Shown here piece after piece: positions 1-9,378 of a DNA stretch of 64,000 nucleotides. Each line of letters starts with the position of its first letter. Position 1 is the stretch's first letter. This DNA comes from an uncultured Solirubrobacteraceae bacterium (lineage in GTDB: Bacteria; Actinomycetota; Thermoleophilia; Solirubrobacterales; Solirubrobacteraceae), in assembly GCA_963706235.1 (NCBI GenBank), contig OY970157.1, positions 1,330,553 to 1,394,552 of the forward strand. Direction: 5' to 3'. The position numbers and the translations under genes were made by a program. The notes below the pieces were generated by a model. That model was not told the origin of the DNA, searched no databases, and saw only the letters and a list, made by a program, of their open reading frames with translations.

Positions 1-3000
1 ACGGAGTCCAGCTCGATCGGCGCGACCGCCAGACGATCGCCGCGGAAGCTCACCGTGCGCGCCCCCGCCTGACCGAACTTGATGCGCGCGCGCTGCAGCG
101 CCAGGAGGTTCTCCACCGGCTCCGGCACCGGGCCAAAGCGGTCCTCCAACTCCTCGCGCAGCTGCTCCACGTCGGCCACCTCCACCGCCCCGGCCACGCG
201 CCGGTGCACCTCGATCTTCGCCTGCTCATACGGGATATAGCTCGCCGGCACGTACGCGTCCACGTTCACGTCCAGGCGCACCGGCTCCGCCAGCGTGGAC
301 TCCTCCTCGCCCTCCTCAAGCGCCTCCGCCGCGCGCACCGCCTCGTCGAGCATCTGCATGTACAGCTCGAAGCCCAGCGCCGCCACGTGCCCGGACTGCT
401 CATCGCCCAGGAGGTTGCCCGCGCCGCGGATCTCCAGGTCGCGCATCGCGATCTTGAAGCCCGCGCCCAGCTCCGTGTAGTCCGACAGCGCCGACAGACG
501 CTGCGCCGCCTCGGGGGTCAGCGCCGCAGCGGAGTCGTACAGCAGATACGCATACGCGCGCTCGCGGCTGCGGCCCACACGCCCGCGGATCTGGTACAGC
601 TGCGCGAGACCGAACGCGTCCGAGTGCTCCACGATCAGCGTGTTCGCCTGCGGGATGTCAATGCCAGACTCGATGATCGACGTGCACACGAGCACGTCAG
701 CACCGCCGCGCAGGTAGTCCATCATCACCTCCTCCAGCTCCCCGTCGCCCATCTGCCCGTGCGCCACCGCGAAGCGCACGCCCGGGCACAGCGCGCGCAG
801 GCGCTCCGCCGTCTCCTCGATCGAGTCCACGCGGTTGTGCAGGAAGAACGCCTGCCCGCCGCGCGCATGCTCGCGCTCGATCGCGCGCTTGACCAGCTCC
901 TCCTCGTACTCGCCCACATACGTGCGCACCGGACGGCGGCCCTCCGGCGGCGTCTCGATCACGGAGATGTCGCGTAGCCCCGCCAGCGACATCTGCAGCG
1001 TGCGCGGGATCGGCGTCGCCGACATCGAGATCACGTCCACGCGCAGCTTCAGCTGGCGCAGCAGCTCCTTCTGCTTGACGCCGAAGCGCTGCTCCTCATC
1101 CACGATCAAAAGCCCCAAGTCCTTCGCGCGCACGTCGCGCGAGAGCACCCTGTGCGTGCCGATCAGGATGTCCGCGCGGCCGTCCGAGAAGTCCTTGATC
1201 GCCGCCTTCTGCTCCGCAGCCGTACGAAAGCGCGACGCGTGCTGCAGCGTGAACGGGTAGTCCGCCAGGCGCTCCGCGAACGTGCCGTAGTGCTGCTGGG
1301 CGAGGATCGTCGTCGGCACCAGCATCAGCACCTGCTTGCCCTCCGCCGCGCACTTGAACGCCGCGCGCAGCGCCACCTCCGTCTTGCCGTAGCCCACGTC
1401 GCCGCAGATCAGCCTGTCCATCGGGCGCGGCGCTTCCATGTCCGCCTTCACCAGCTCGATCGCCTCGCGCTGGTCGGGCGTCTCCGTGAACGGGAAGCGC
1501 TCCTCGAACTCGCGCTGCCAGTCCGAGTCGGGGCCGAACGCGTGGCCGGAGCGCCGGCGGCGCTCCGCGTACAGGTTCAGCAGCTCGCCCGCCAGCTCCT
1601 GCGCCGCGCGCCGTGCGCGCGCCTTCATCGTCTCCCAGCGCGTGCCGCCCAGCTTGGAGAGCGGGGGATGATCCCCGCCCGCGCCCACGTAGCGCGAGAT
1701 CTTCGCCAGCTGATCCACCGGCACGAACACGCGGTCGTCGCCCTGGTATTCCAGGTACAGGTAGTCGCGCGTCACCTCGGCGACGGTGCGCGTCTCAAAG
1801 CCCGCGAAGCGCGCCACCCCGTGGTCCTCGTGCACGACGATGTCGCCCGTGCGCAGTTCCGTGAACGAGCGCAGCGCACCACGGCGCGTGCCCGTGATGC
1901 CGCCGCCCGTGCGCGCTCCATCCGGTGCACGGTCGGCCCTGCGCCTTCGCAGCAGCCTGTGCTCCGGATACACAGCCAGCTTCAGCTGGGGAGCCACGAA
2001 GCCCTCGCGCAGCGATGCAGCCGCGAAACGCAGCGACGGCTCCAGCACCTGGTGACCGACGCCCGACGCACTCGCCGTCGACTCGCCCTGTAGCCACGTC
2101 GCTTTCATGCGGCCGAGGTTGTAAGCCGCGCGCTCGCCCTCACCGCGCCGCGGGAAGGCAACGACGGTCCTGTAGCCCGAGCGCACCAGCTTCTCCAGCT
2201 CCGGCTCCGCTTCCGCCAGCGAGCGCGCAGCCGTGTCAGCCGCCTGCGCGCGCAGCTCGATCTCCTGTCCGCTCGAGTGCGAGGACAGCCAGATGCGCGC
2301 CCGCGCGTCCAGCGTCTCGCGGATGCTCTGCGGGCTCACGTACAGGTGGTGCGCGTCCTCGTCGCCGAACGCTGCACACACATCACTCCAGTGGTCGGTC
2401 AGCACAGGGTCCAGGTCCTCCTCCGCCGCCACCACCAGCTGCGTGTGCTCACCCACCAAGTCCAGCAGGGCTCCGAAGCGCTCCACCGGCAACAGCTCCG
2501 CAATATCGGGGCGCTCGAACGCCTCAACATCATCTCCTCCTGAAACGCGACGGGACGGCAGCTGCTCCACAGCGATCTCAGCCAGCTCGCGGTGCTCGAT
2601 CGCAAGCTCCGCCGCCGGCGCGATCTCCACCTCCTGCACGTCGCCGAGCGAGCGCTGCGTGAACGTCGAGAACCAGCGCAGCGACTCGATCTCCACGTCG
2701 AACATGTCCACGCGCACCGCCCGCTCCTCCGTCGCCGGGAACACGTCAAGCAGGCCGCCACGCAGCGCGAACTGACCGCGCTCCTCCACCTGGTCGGCGC
2801 GCTCATAGCCCGCGCTCACAAGCTCCGCCGCGCACTCGTCCAGGTCCAGCAGCTCGCCCACACGCAGCGTGAACGAGTGCGGGCGCAGCTCCGGATCGGG
2901 CACCTTCTCCGACAGCGCCACCGCGCTCACCACCACCACCGGTTGCTCCACGTCCTGCTGGGAGGCCGAGCCGAGCAGCGCGTCCAGCGCCGCCACGCGC

Positions 3001-3317
3001 AGGCCCACAAGATGTGCCGGCGGCGCCAGGTGTGACTCGTACGCCACACCGCGGGAGGGGTAGTAGCGCACGCGCCGGGGCGCAAGCCATGCGCGCAGGT
3101 CGCCCGCAAGGTCGCGTGCCGCGCGATCATCGCCGACCACCACCAGCGTGGGATGGGTGACCGCCGCTTCGTCGATCTCGCTCAGCGCCGCGATCACGTA
3201 CGGGCGCAGCGAGGAGGACACGAACGCATGCCCGCCCTCGCGGGCCAGGCGCAGCGCCGACTCGTCCTCCTGGACGAGGCCCAGCAGCGTACGCAGAGCG
3301 CCAGTGTCGCCGGCCAT
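1..3317 (-). CDS. mfd: Transcription-repair coupling factor Mfd (C-terminus runs off the window start)
   Basis: Not in the ORF track because there is no stop in the window. My translation from the ATG (rc of cat 3315-3317) gives MAGDTGALRTLLGLVQEDES... It continues through TRCF/SF2 helicase motifs: ETPDQREAIELVKADMEAPRPMDRLICGDVGYGKTEVALRAAFK, DEEQRFGVKQKE, SATPIPRTL, QLYQIRGRVGRS. It sits directly downstream of pth, as in many bacteria. Confidence 0.9.
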   Translation of the reverse strand, partial: MAGDTGALRTLLGLVQEDESALRLAREGGHAFVSSSLRPYVIAALSEIDEAAVTHPTLVVVGDDRAARDLAGDLRAWLAPRRVRYYPSRGVAYESHLAPPAHLVGLRVAALDALLGSASQQDVEQPVVVVSAVALSEKVPDPELRPHSFTLRVGELLDLDECAAELVSAGYERADQVEERGQFALRGGLLDVFPATEERAVRVDMFDVEIESLRWFSTFTQRSLGDVQEVEIAPAAELAIEHRELAEIAVEQLPSRRVSGGDDVEAFERPDIAELLPVERFGALLDLVGEHTQLVVAAEEDLDPVLTDHWSDVCAAFGDEDAHHLYVSPQSIRETLDARARIWLSSHSSGQEIELRAQAADTAARSLAEAEPELEKLVRSGYRTVVAFPRRGEGERAAYNLGRMKATWLQGESTASASGVGHQVLEPSLRFAAASLREGFVAPQLKLAVYPEHRLLRRRRADRAPDGARTGGGITGTRRGALRSFTELRTGDIVVHEDHGVARFAGFETRTVAEVTRDYLYLEYQGDDRVFVPVDQLAKISRYVGAGGDHPPLSKLGGTRWETMKARARRAAQELAGELLNLYAERRRRSGHAFGPDSDWQREFEERFPFTETPDQREAIELVKADMEAPRPMDRLICGDVGYGKTEVALRAAFKCAAEGKQVLMLVPTTILAQQHYGTFAERLADYPFTLQHASRFRTAAEQKAAIKDFSDGRADILIGTHRVLSRDVRAKDLGLLIVDEEQRFGVKQKELLRQLKLRVDVISMSATPIPRTLQMSLAGLRDISVIETPPEGRRPVRTYVGEYEEELVKRAIEREHARGGQAFFLHNRVDSIEETAERLRALCPGVRFAVAHGQMGDGELEEVMMDYLRGGADVLVCTSIIESGIDIPQANTLIVEHSDAFGLAQLYQIRGRVGRSRERAYAYLLYDSAAALTPEAAQRLSALSDYTELGAGFKIAMRDLEIRGAGNLLGDEQSGHVAALGFELYMQMLDEAVRAAEALEEGEEESTLAEPVRLDVNVDAYVPASYIPYEQAKIEVHRRVAGAVEVADVEQLREELEDRFGPVPEPVENLLALQRARIKFGQAGARTVSFRGDRLAVAPIELDS

Positions 3318-3327
3318 CTTGGTCTCC

Positions 3328-3975
3328 CTACCCACCATCGCCGGCCGTCGACGCCGGGGGCTCGAGAACCAGCCGCTCCACGTGCTCGCGCGCTCGCGCG
3401 ATCAGATCGGCGACCTCCGCGTCGGGCTCCTGGAAGCGGCCCAGCACGTACGCCGAGACGATCTCCGGGTCCGTCGAGTCCGGGCGACCCACGCCGACGC
3501 GCACGCGCATGAAGTCAGCGCCGCCCAGCTCGCGCTTGATCGACTTCAAGCCGTTGTGGCCCGCCAGGCCGCCGCCCAAACGCGTGCGCACGTCGCCGAA
3601 GGGCAGGTCGATCTCATCGTGCACCACCACCACGCGCTCCAGCGGAAGCTTGAACGCGCCTCGCGCCGGGCCCACCGAGCGTCCCGCGTCGTTCATGAAC
3701 GTCTGCGGGCACAGCACCGCCACGCGCGGCGCCTTGGCGCCCGCCGGGGCGCCAGGAATGGAGCTTGCGTCACCACCCGGCACGCGACCTTCCGCGATGC
3801 GCCCGCGGAAGCGATCCTTCGCGCGTCCCAGATCCCACCGGTCCACGAGATCCTCCGCAACCATGAAGCCCACGTTATGACGCGTGCGCGCGTACTCGCT
3901 GCCGGGGTTGCCCAGCCCGACGATCAGCCAGTCGATCGTGCCGCCGCTGCCACCGCCGCCAAAAGGGCGTCGCAG
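3328..3975 (-). CDS. pth: Peptidyl-tRNA hydrolase; 5' end uncertain (no canonical start upstream of the conserved N-terminal motif)
   Basis: The ORF 3328..3873 translation has Pth motifs (CPQTFMNDAGRSV, HDEIDLPFG, GGLAGHNGLKSI). The N-terminal signature WLIVGLGNPGSEYARTRHNVGF is encoded in frame at 3865-3930, upstream of the track's GTG start. The listed end is the in-frame CTG at 3973-3975 and is only a candidate. Confidence 0.85.
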   Translation of the reverse strand: MRRPFGGGGSGGTIDWLIVGLGNPGSEYARTRHNVGFMVAEDLVDRWDLGRAKDRFRGRIAEGRVPGGDASSIPGAPAGAKAPRVAVLCPQTFMNDAGRSVGPARGAFKLPLERVVVVHDEIDLPFGDVRTRLGGGLAGHNGLKSIKRELGGADFMRVRVGVGRPDSTDPEIVSAYVLGRFQEPDAEVADLIARAREHVERLVLEPPASTAGDGG

Positions 3976-3981
3976 GGGGCG

Positions 3982-4641
3982 CTACTCCTCCGAGGAGGAG
4001 TCCTCTGAGGCTGAATCCGCGCTGTCCTCGCCGACGACCTCGGTCTCGGATTCGATTTCATCGGCGGTTTCACTCTGCAGGCGCGGCGGTGAGAGCGTCG
4101 CCACGACCGTCTCCTCCAGGTCGTCCAGCGGCGTCACGCCCTCCGGCAGCTCCACCGAGCCGAGCAGGATCGTCTCGCTGATCTGCATCTCGCCAACGTC
4201 GTGCACGATCGACTCCGGGATCGCCGTCGGCAGCGCTTCCACGTTCAGCTCGCGCGTGATCTGCTCGAGCACGCCGCCTTCCTTCACACCCGGCGCGTCG
4301 TCGATGCCGGTCAGTTCCAACGGCACGAGAGCGTGGATCGCCTCGTTCAAGTTCACGCGCAGCAGGTCCACATGGATCGTCTCGCCGCGCACCGGGTGGC
4401 GCTGGGCGTCCTTCAGGACCACCGGCGTCGCTTTCCCGCCGTCCACGCTCAGGTCGAGCACTGCCCCCGAGCCCGCGAGCGCGTGGCGCAGCTCGCGCTC
4501 GTCCGCATCGAAGCCCACCGGTTCGCCGCCGCCGCCGTACAGCACGCCCGGGACGCGGCCCGAGCGGCGCAGGCGTCGCACCGCGCGCGAGCCGGAGGAC
4601 ACGCGGCTATTGACGTTCAGCTTGGTCGTGGTCGTGGCCAT
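3982..4641 (-). CDS. rplY: 50S ribosomal protein L25 / general stress protein Ctc (long form, acidic Ser/Glu tail)
   Basis: The translation MATTTTKLNVNSRVSSGSRAVRRLRRSGRVPGVLYGGG...HPVRGETIHVDLLRV is typical of L25/Ctc. It lies between prs and pth. Confidence 0.9.
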   Translation of the reverse strand: MATTTTKLNVNSRVSSGSRAVRRLRRSGRVPGVLYGGGGEPVGFDADERELRHALAGSGAVLDLSVDGGKATPVVLKDAQRHPVRGETIHVDLLRVNLNEAIHALVPLELTGIDDAPGVKEGGVLEQITRELNVEALPTAIPESIVHDVGEMQISETILLGSVELPEGVTPLDDLEETVVATLSPPRLQSETADEIESETEVVGEDSADSASEDSSSEE

Positions 4642-4678
4642 GAGCGACTGCAGACTGTAGCAATCGGGGCGTCGCTGC

Positions 4679-5707
4679 TCAGAACAGCTGGTTCTCGCCG
4701 CCGAAGACCTCGCTCACGGAGTCATCGACGAAGATGCGGCGGATCGAGTCGGCGAGCAGCTCTGCGCATGGCAGCACGCGAACGTTGTCCGGACGGCCCG
4801 CGGTGGCGATCGGCACGGTGTCCGTGACCACGATCTGCTCAAGCCCCGACTCTTCGAGGTTCTTGAAGGCGTCGCCGGAGAACACTGCGTGCGTCGCCGC
4901 CGCATACACGCGCGTCGCGCCTTCCTCCATGACCGTTTTTGCGGCCGCCTTGAGCGTGCCCGCGGTGTCGATCATGTCGTCCACGATCACCGCCGTCTTG
5001 CCTTTCACATCGCCGATCACGTAACCGATCTCAGCCACCTGCTGCGCCGGGCGCTCCTTGTCCAGGATCGCCAGCTCGGCGCCGATCTTCGACGCGAAGT
5101 TCTTGTTCAGCTTCACCCTGCCCGCGTCTGGCGCCACCACTACCAGATCGGGCAGGCCGAGGTCTGTGAAGTACTGCGTGAGCATGAACAGAGCCGTCAT
5201 GTGATCCACCGGGATCTGGAAGAAGCCCTGGATCTGGCCGGCGTGGAGGTCCATCGTCAAAACCCGGTCGGCCCCGGCCGCCTCCAGCATGCGCGCCACC
5301 AGCCGCGCGGAGATCGGCTCGCGCGGCGCGGACTTCTTGTCCTGGCGCGAGTACCCGAACCACGGCGTCACCGCGATCACACGGTGCGCCGACGCGCCCA
5401 CGGCCGCGTCGATCATGAACAGCAGCTCCATCAGCGAGTCGTTCGCGGTGACACCCGTTTGCGGGTTTCCGCTCGTTGGCTGCACAATGAACACGTCCGC
5501 CCCGCGGATTGAGTCCTCATAGCGGCAGTACACCTCTCCGCCGGAGAACGTCTTCAGCTCCACCGGCCCGAGATCAACCCCCAGCTTGTCCGCGATGTCC
5601 ACCGCGAGCTGCCGATTGGCGCGCCCGCTGAACAGCATCAGGCGCTTGTTGTAGTCGATCGGCAGGCTGGCCCGCGAGTAGTCGGTGCGCGTGTCGATCG
5701 CACTCAT
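4679..5707 (-). CDS. prs: Ribose-phosphate pyrophosphokinase (PRPP synthetase)
   Basis: Translation motifs include LMLFSGRANRQLAVDIADKLG, DVFIVQPTS, the PRPP-binding loop VIVDDMIDTAGT and DLHAGQIQGFF. Confidence 0.95.
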   Translation of the reverse strand: MSAIDTRTDYSRASLPIDYNKRLMLFSGRANRQLAVDIADKLGVDLGPVELKTFSGGEVYCRYEDSIRGADVFIVQPTSGNPQTGVTANDSLMELLFMIDAAVGASAHRVIAVTPWFGYSRQDKKSAPREPISARLVARMLEAAGADRVLTMDLHAGQIQGFFQIPVDHMTALFMLTQYFTDLGLPDLVVVAPDAGRVKLNKNFASKIGAELAILDKERPAQQVAEIGYVIGDVKGKTAVIVDDMIDTAGTLKAAAKTVMEEGATRVYAAATHAVFSGDAFKNLEESGLEQIVVTDTVPIATAGRPDNVRVLPCAELLADSIRRIFVDDSVSEVFGGENQLF

Positions 5708-5737
5708 CTCCTTCGCAGTGTAAACGCCCGCGTCCGA

Positions 5738-7069
5738 TCAGTCATCCTGGCGCTCCACCCAGCCCTCGATGTTGCGCTGGCGCTCGCGCGCGATCCCCAG
5801 CGCGCCCGGCGGCACGTCGTCCACGATCACCGAGCCGGCGGCCGTGTATGCGCCGTCGCCGATGCTCACCGGCGCCACCAACGTCGTGTCCACGCCCGTG
5901 CGCACGCCCTTGCCCACCGTCGTCCGGTGCTTGGCGCGACCATCGTAGTTCGCCGTGATCGTGGCCGCCCCCAGGTTCGTGCCCTCTCCTACATCCGCAT
6001 CGCCGATGTAGGAGAGGTGCGGCACTTTCGTGCCCGCGCCGATGTCCGAGTTCTTCACCTCCACGAACGTGCCCACCTTGGACCCCGCCCGCAGGACCGC
6101 ACCCGGACGCAGGTATCCAAACGGACCCACGCTCGCACCATCCTCCAGCACGCAGTCCACCAGGTAGGAGTGGCGAATCGTGCAGCCACGGCCGATCCGC
6201 GTCGCGCCTCGGATCGTCGTGAACGGCTCGATCATCGTGTCCTCTCCGATCTGCACGTCCACGTCGATCACAGTGGCCGCCGGGTCGACAATGCCTACGC
6301 CCGCCCGCATGTGGCGCTCGTGGATCGCCTGCTGCGCGATCGCGCGCACGCGCGCCAGCGCGGGACGATCGTTGACCTGCAGCACCAGGCGCTCGTCCTC
6401 GACCGCGTGTGCAGCCACCTTCGCACCGTCCGCGCGCAGCAGATCCAGCACCTGCGGCAGGTACAGCTCATGCTGAGCATTCTCAGCCGTGAGCCGTGGC
6501 AGCGTGCTCGTGAGGGCCTGCGCGGTGAAGACGAAGATGCCGGTGTTCACCTCGCGGATCTCGCGCTCGGCCTGCGTGGAGTCCCCGCGCTCCTTCGTCT
6601 CCACCACCCGCAGAACTGCGCCGTCGGAGTCGCGCACCACCCGTCCGTAGCCGCTCGGATCCTCGAGCACCGTCGTCGCCATCGTCGCCTGTGCGCCGCC
6701 GCCCGCGTGCGCGTCCAGCAGCTCGATGATCGCCTGCGCGCTCACCAGCGGCACGTCTCCGCTCAACACCAGCACCGGCGACGTCGGCTCGAGTGACGAG
6801 CCGATCGCCTCCATCGCTGCCCTGACAGCCCCACCCGTCCCGTCCGGCTGCTCCTGCACCGCCAGCTCCACTGCCTCCGGCAGTACCTTCTCGAGCGCCC
6901 GCGCCGGCGAGTCCACAACCACCACGCGCTTCGCGCCCGCCTCGAGCGCCGCCGTCACAGGCCACAGGACCATCGGCCGCCCGCACAGCTCGTGCAGGAC
7001 CTTCGGCGTCCGCGAGCGCATACGCGTGCCCTGTCCTGCCGCGAGGATCAGAACGGTGGGGGCGCTCAC
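5738..7069 (-). CDS. glmU: Bifunctional GlmU (UDP-GlcNAc diphosphorylase / GlcN-1-P acetyltransferase)
   Basis: N-terminal LILAAGQGTRMRSRTPKVLHELCGRPM and C-terminal left-handed beta-helix hexapeptide repeats. The track ORF (to 7363) over-extends through the tRNA-Gln gene. I place the start at GTG 7067-7069 (VSAPTVLILAAGQG). Confidence 0.9.
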   Translation of the reverse strand: MSAPTVLILAAGQGTRMRSRTPKVLHELCGRPMVLWPVTAALEAGAKRVVVVDSPARALEKVLPEAVELAVQEQPDGTGGAVRAAMEAIGSSLEPTSPVLVLSGDVPLVSAQAIIELLDAHAGGGAQATMATTVLEDPSGYGRVVRDSDGAVLRVVETKERGDSTQAEREIREVNTGIFVFTAQALTSTLPRLTAENAQHELYLPQVLDLLRADGAKVAAHAVEDERLVLQVNDRPALARVRAIAQQAIHERHMRAGVGIVDPAATVIDVDVQIGEDTMIEPFTTIRGATRIGRGCTIRHSYLVDCVLEDGASVGPFGYLRPGAVLRAGSKVGTFVEVKNSDIGAGTKVPHLSYIGDADVGEGTNLGAATITANYDGRAKHRTTVGKGVRTGVDTTLVAPVSIGDGAYTAAGSVIVDDVPPGALGIARERQRNIEGWVERQDD

Positions 7070-7149
7070 CTGGGCAATGCTATTCCAGGGCGGGCGTGTC
7101 TCCGTGGTGTGCGTTACACCGGGCATTCCGCTCGTGCCGGTGGATCGAG

Positions 7150-7220
7150 CTGGGGGGCAGGGACTCGAACCCCGATTCTCAGGACCAAAACCTGATGTCC
7201 TGCCGTTGGACGACCCCCCA
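7150..7220 (-). tRNA. tRNA-Gln (anticodon UUG)
   Basis: The rc reads UGGGGGG-UC-GUCC-AACGGCA-GGAC-A-UCAGG-UUUUGGU-CCUGA-GAAU-CGGGG-UUCGAGU-CCCUG-CCCCCCA-G. This is a full cloverleaf with a U1:A72 pair, as in bacterial tRNA-Gln. No CCA is encoded. Confidence 0.9.
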
Positions 7221-7284
7221 AGGGGACTCAAAGGATAGTGGCGACAAGTGCGGGTGTCGCCAACCGCCGACACCCCCGATAACC

Positions 7285-7947
7285 ATGCAGCAACACATTC
7301 ATCCAGCAGGCCTGCAACGATTCCTGCGCTTGCCGGACGCCACGACAAGACGCAGGAGAGCACGGGGAGCGTCGCTGGCGGCGGTCCTACTGGCGTGCGC
7401 CGGCGCTCTCGCCACGGTCGCGAGCTCAGGCGCGGCCACCTCGGTCACGTGCGCCGGCGCGAATCTGCACCCACGCGCAGCCAACGTGCTTCAGGTGGAC
7501 GCGGCGACCCTCTGCCTGGTCAACCAGATACGGCTCACCCACGGGCTGCGCCCCCTGCGCGCCAACCACGAACTTGGCCGGGTCGCCCGCAGTCAGGTGA
7601 CCTCCATGGTCAGCCACGACTACTTCGCCGACGTTCGTCCTACCGGCCAGACACCCCTATCGCTGGTGGCGGTCACGCGCTACCCCGCGCACTCCGCGGA
7701 GTTCTCCATCGGCCAGAACATCGCGTGGGGCACAGAAGGCTTTACGACGCCGGCGCACATCGTCGCCGCATGGATGGCCTCCACGCCGCACCGCGAAATC
7801 ATGCTCAGCAGCATCTACCGCAACGCCGGCGTGGCCGTGATGCCCGCCGTTCCCAAGATTCTCGCTTCCAGCGGCACGGGCGCCACCTACGCGATCGAGT
7901 TCGGCGTGCGGCTCTCCGCCAGCGCCGCACGGCGCTCAGCTCACTAG
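7285..7947 (+). CDS. Secreted CAP/SCP (PR-1-like, YkwD-type) domain protein
   Basis: The ATG at 7285 is followed by an Arg-rich signal (TRRRRARGASLAAVLLACAGALA). The CAP-domain core reads NQIRLTHGLRPLRANHELGRVARSQ...MASTPHREIMLSSIYRNAGVAV. The upstream part of the track ORF overlaps the tRNA and is rejected. Confidence 0.75.
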   Translation: MQQHIHPAGLQRFLRLPDATTRRRRARGASLAAVLLACAGALATVASSGAATSVTCAGANLHPRAANVLQVDAATLCLVNQIRLTHGLRPLRANHELGRVARSQVTSMVSHDYFADVRPTGQTPLSLVAVTRYPAHSAEFSIGQNIAWGTEGFTTPAHIVAAWMASTPHREIMLSSIYRNAGVAVMPAVPKILASSGTGATYAIEFGVRLSASAARRSAH

Positions 7948-9161
7948 GAGCGCCGGCCACCCGAGCGCCGCGGCACGCGACCGGCTTCAGCGCCCGCCTC
8001 CAAAGCAGGGCCCCCGGCGGAGGCGATACCCAACACGCGCATCGCCTTCAGCCCGAGGCTGAGCTTCTCGCGACCGTCGCTGGAGCTGACGTCGAGGCCC
8101 GACAGCTCGCGCACGCGCTCGAGGCGGTAGTAGATCGTGTGGCGATGCGTAAACAGGCGCTGCGCGGTCCCGGCGACGTTGCCGTCCGCCTCCAGGAAGG
8201 TCTCGAGCGTGCGCACCAGATCCGTCTCATACTGCTCGTCATAGGCGACCAGCGGCTCCACCGTCTCCGCATAGAAGCGCTGCAGCTCGCTCGGGTTCTC
8301 GCTCATGGACGACAGCAGCAGCCGGTACGCGCCCGTCTCATCGAAAGCTAATGCCGCGCCGTTGCTCGAGCCCTGCGCCACGTTGGCCGCGAGCAACGCC
8401 TCGCTGGCCGCGCGGGGCAGCTCGGAAGGGTCTTCCGTGATGCGACTACGCCCCAGTGCGAACACGTAGCCCGCGAGGCTCGCTTCCATCTCGTTCAGAA
8501 TCGCCTGCGCAGCCCGCGCCGCGCTCGCCTCATCGCCACCGGGGACCAGGACGAGCACCTCCGCGCCGGGAATCCCCTCGCGCTCGGAGAGGGCGGCGAT
8601 GGAGCGGCTGGACACGGCGCGCGCGCCGCGCTCGGCCACCGCGCGCACCCTCCCACGCCACCCCTCGTCGGTGGGTGTCTGTGGATGCGCGCGCGCGACG
8701 ATCATGCTCGCCCCATCCTCGATCGTCAGCGAGAGGTCCTTGGCACGATTCAGCAGCGCGTCGCGGTCGGTTAGCTCGCGGCGCAGGATCGCCCGCAGGA
8801 AATCGGCCGAAGCTGTTTCCGAGACGCGCTCTGGCGCGCGCACGCGCTCCACCTCTGAGGCGATCATCGTCAGCAGCAGCCTGCGCATCGGCGCGCTGGG
8901 CTCGGTCTTGGCGCGCATGTGCAGCGTCCCTACCACGGTGTCCGCCACCCGCAGCGGAGCGCTGATCACACCCTCGCCCTGAGACAGCAGCGCGCGCTCC
9001 TCCGCCGGCGAGCGTGCAGCCACCGCGAGCGTGGCGCCCCATGCGTCCGTGACCGCCAGGCTCGCCTCCAGCGCACGCGCTGCCGCGCGCACCACCTCCG
9101 GCAGGCCCGCCCCCGACTCGACCGCCTCTGTGATCGCGTCCAGCGCCGCGAGGTCTGACAC
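7944..9161 (-). CDS. PucR/CdaR-family transcriptional regulator
   Basis: The C-terminal PucR-type HTH reads TLETFLEADGNVAGTAQRLFTHRHTIYYRLERVRELSGLDV. A long N-terminal sensor-like region precedes it. Confidence 0.75.
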   Translation of the reverse strand: MSDLAALDAITEAVESGAGLPEVVRAAARALEASLAVTDAWGATLAVAARSPAEERALLSQGEGVISAPLRVADTVVGTLHMRAKTEPSAPMRRLLLTMIASEVERVRAPERVSETASADFLRAILRRELTDRDALLNRAKDLSLTIEDGASMIVARAHPQTPTDEGWRGRVRAVAERGARAVSSRSIAALSEREGIPGAEVLVLVPGGDEASAARAAQAILNEMEASLAGYVFALGRSRITEDPSELPRAASEALLAANVAQGSSNGAALAFDETGAYRLLLSSMSENPSELQRFYAETVEPLVAYDEQYETDLVRTLETFLEADGNVAGTAQRLFTHRHTIYYRLERVRELSGLDVSSSDGREKLSLGLKAMRVLGIASAGGPALEAGAEAGRVPRRSGGRRS

Positions 9162-9165
9162 GCGG

Positions 9166-9378
9166 TCAGCCCCAGTAGTAGACGGCTACAAGCGCGCCGA
9201 CCACCCCGACGCCCAGCAGTACCGCGAGCACGTACAGCGACAGCACCGTCGCCGCCACCCGCTCCCACACACGCGAGTAGGACGACCACACCGGGACGAG
9301 GATGAACCCGGTGAAGAGCCCCAGGCTGATCACCGCCGCACCCACTGCAACCAACTCGTTGATTTGCGTCCTAGTCAT
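9166..9378 (-). CDS. Small two-TM membrane protein (hypothetical)
   Basis: From the ATG at 9376-9378 the translation is MTRTQINELVAVGAAVISLGLFTGFILVPVW...LAVLLGVGVVGALVAVYYWG, with two hydrophobic helices. It overlaps the ispE stop by 8 nt. There is no family match I can name. Confidence 0.35.
   Translation of the reverse strand: MTRTQINELVAVGAAVISLGLFTGFILVPVWSSYSRVWERVAATVLSLYVLAVLLGVGVVGALVAVYYWG

Noticed and set aside
204-3130. Many plus-strand ORFs over the first 3.3 kb.
   Set aside because: The minus strand encodes a continuous Mfd protein with helicase motifs. The plus-strand ORFs are its shadows.
7070-7363. An N-terminal extension of the glmU ORF.
   Set aside because: It runs through the tRNA-Gln gene on the same strand, and the extension has no GlmU similarity. 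The GTG at 7069 gives the canonical LILAAGQGTRM N-terminus.
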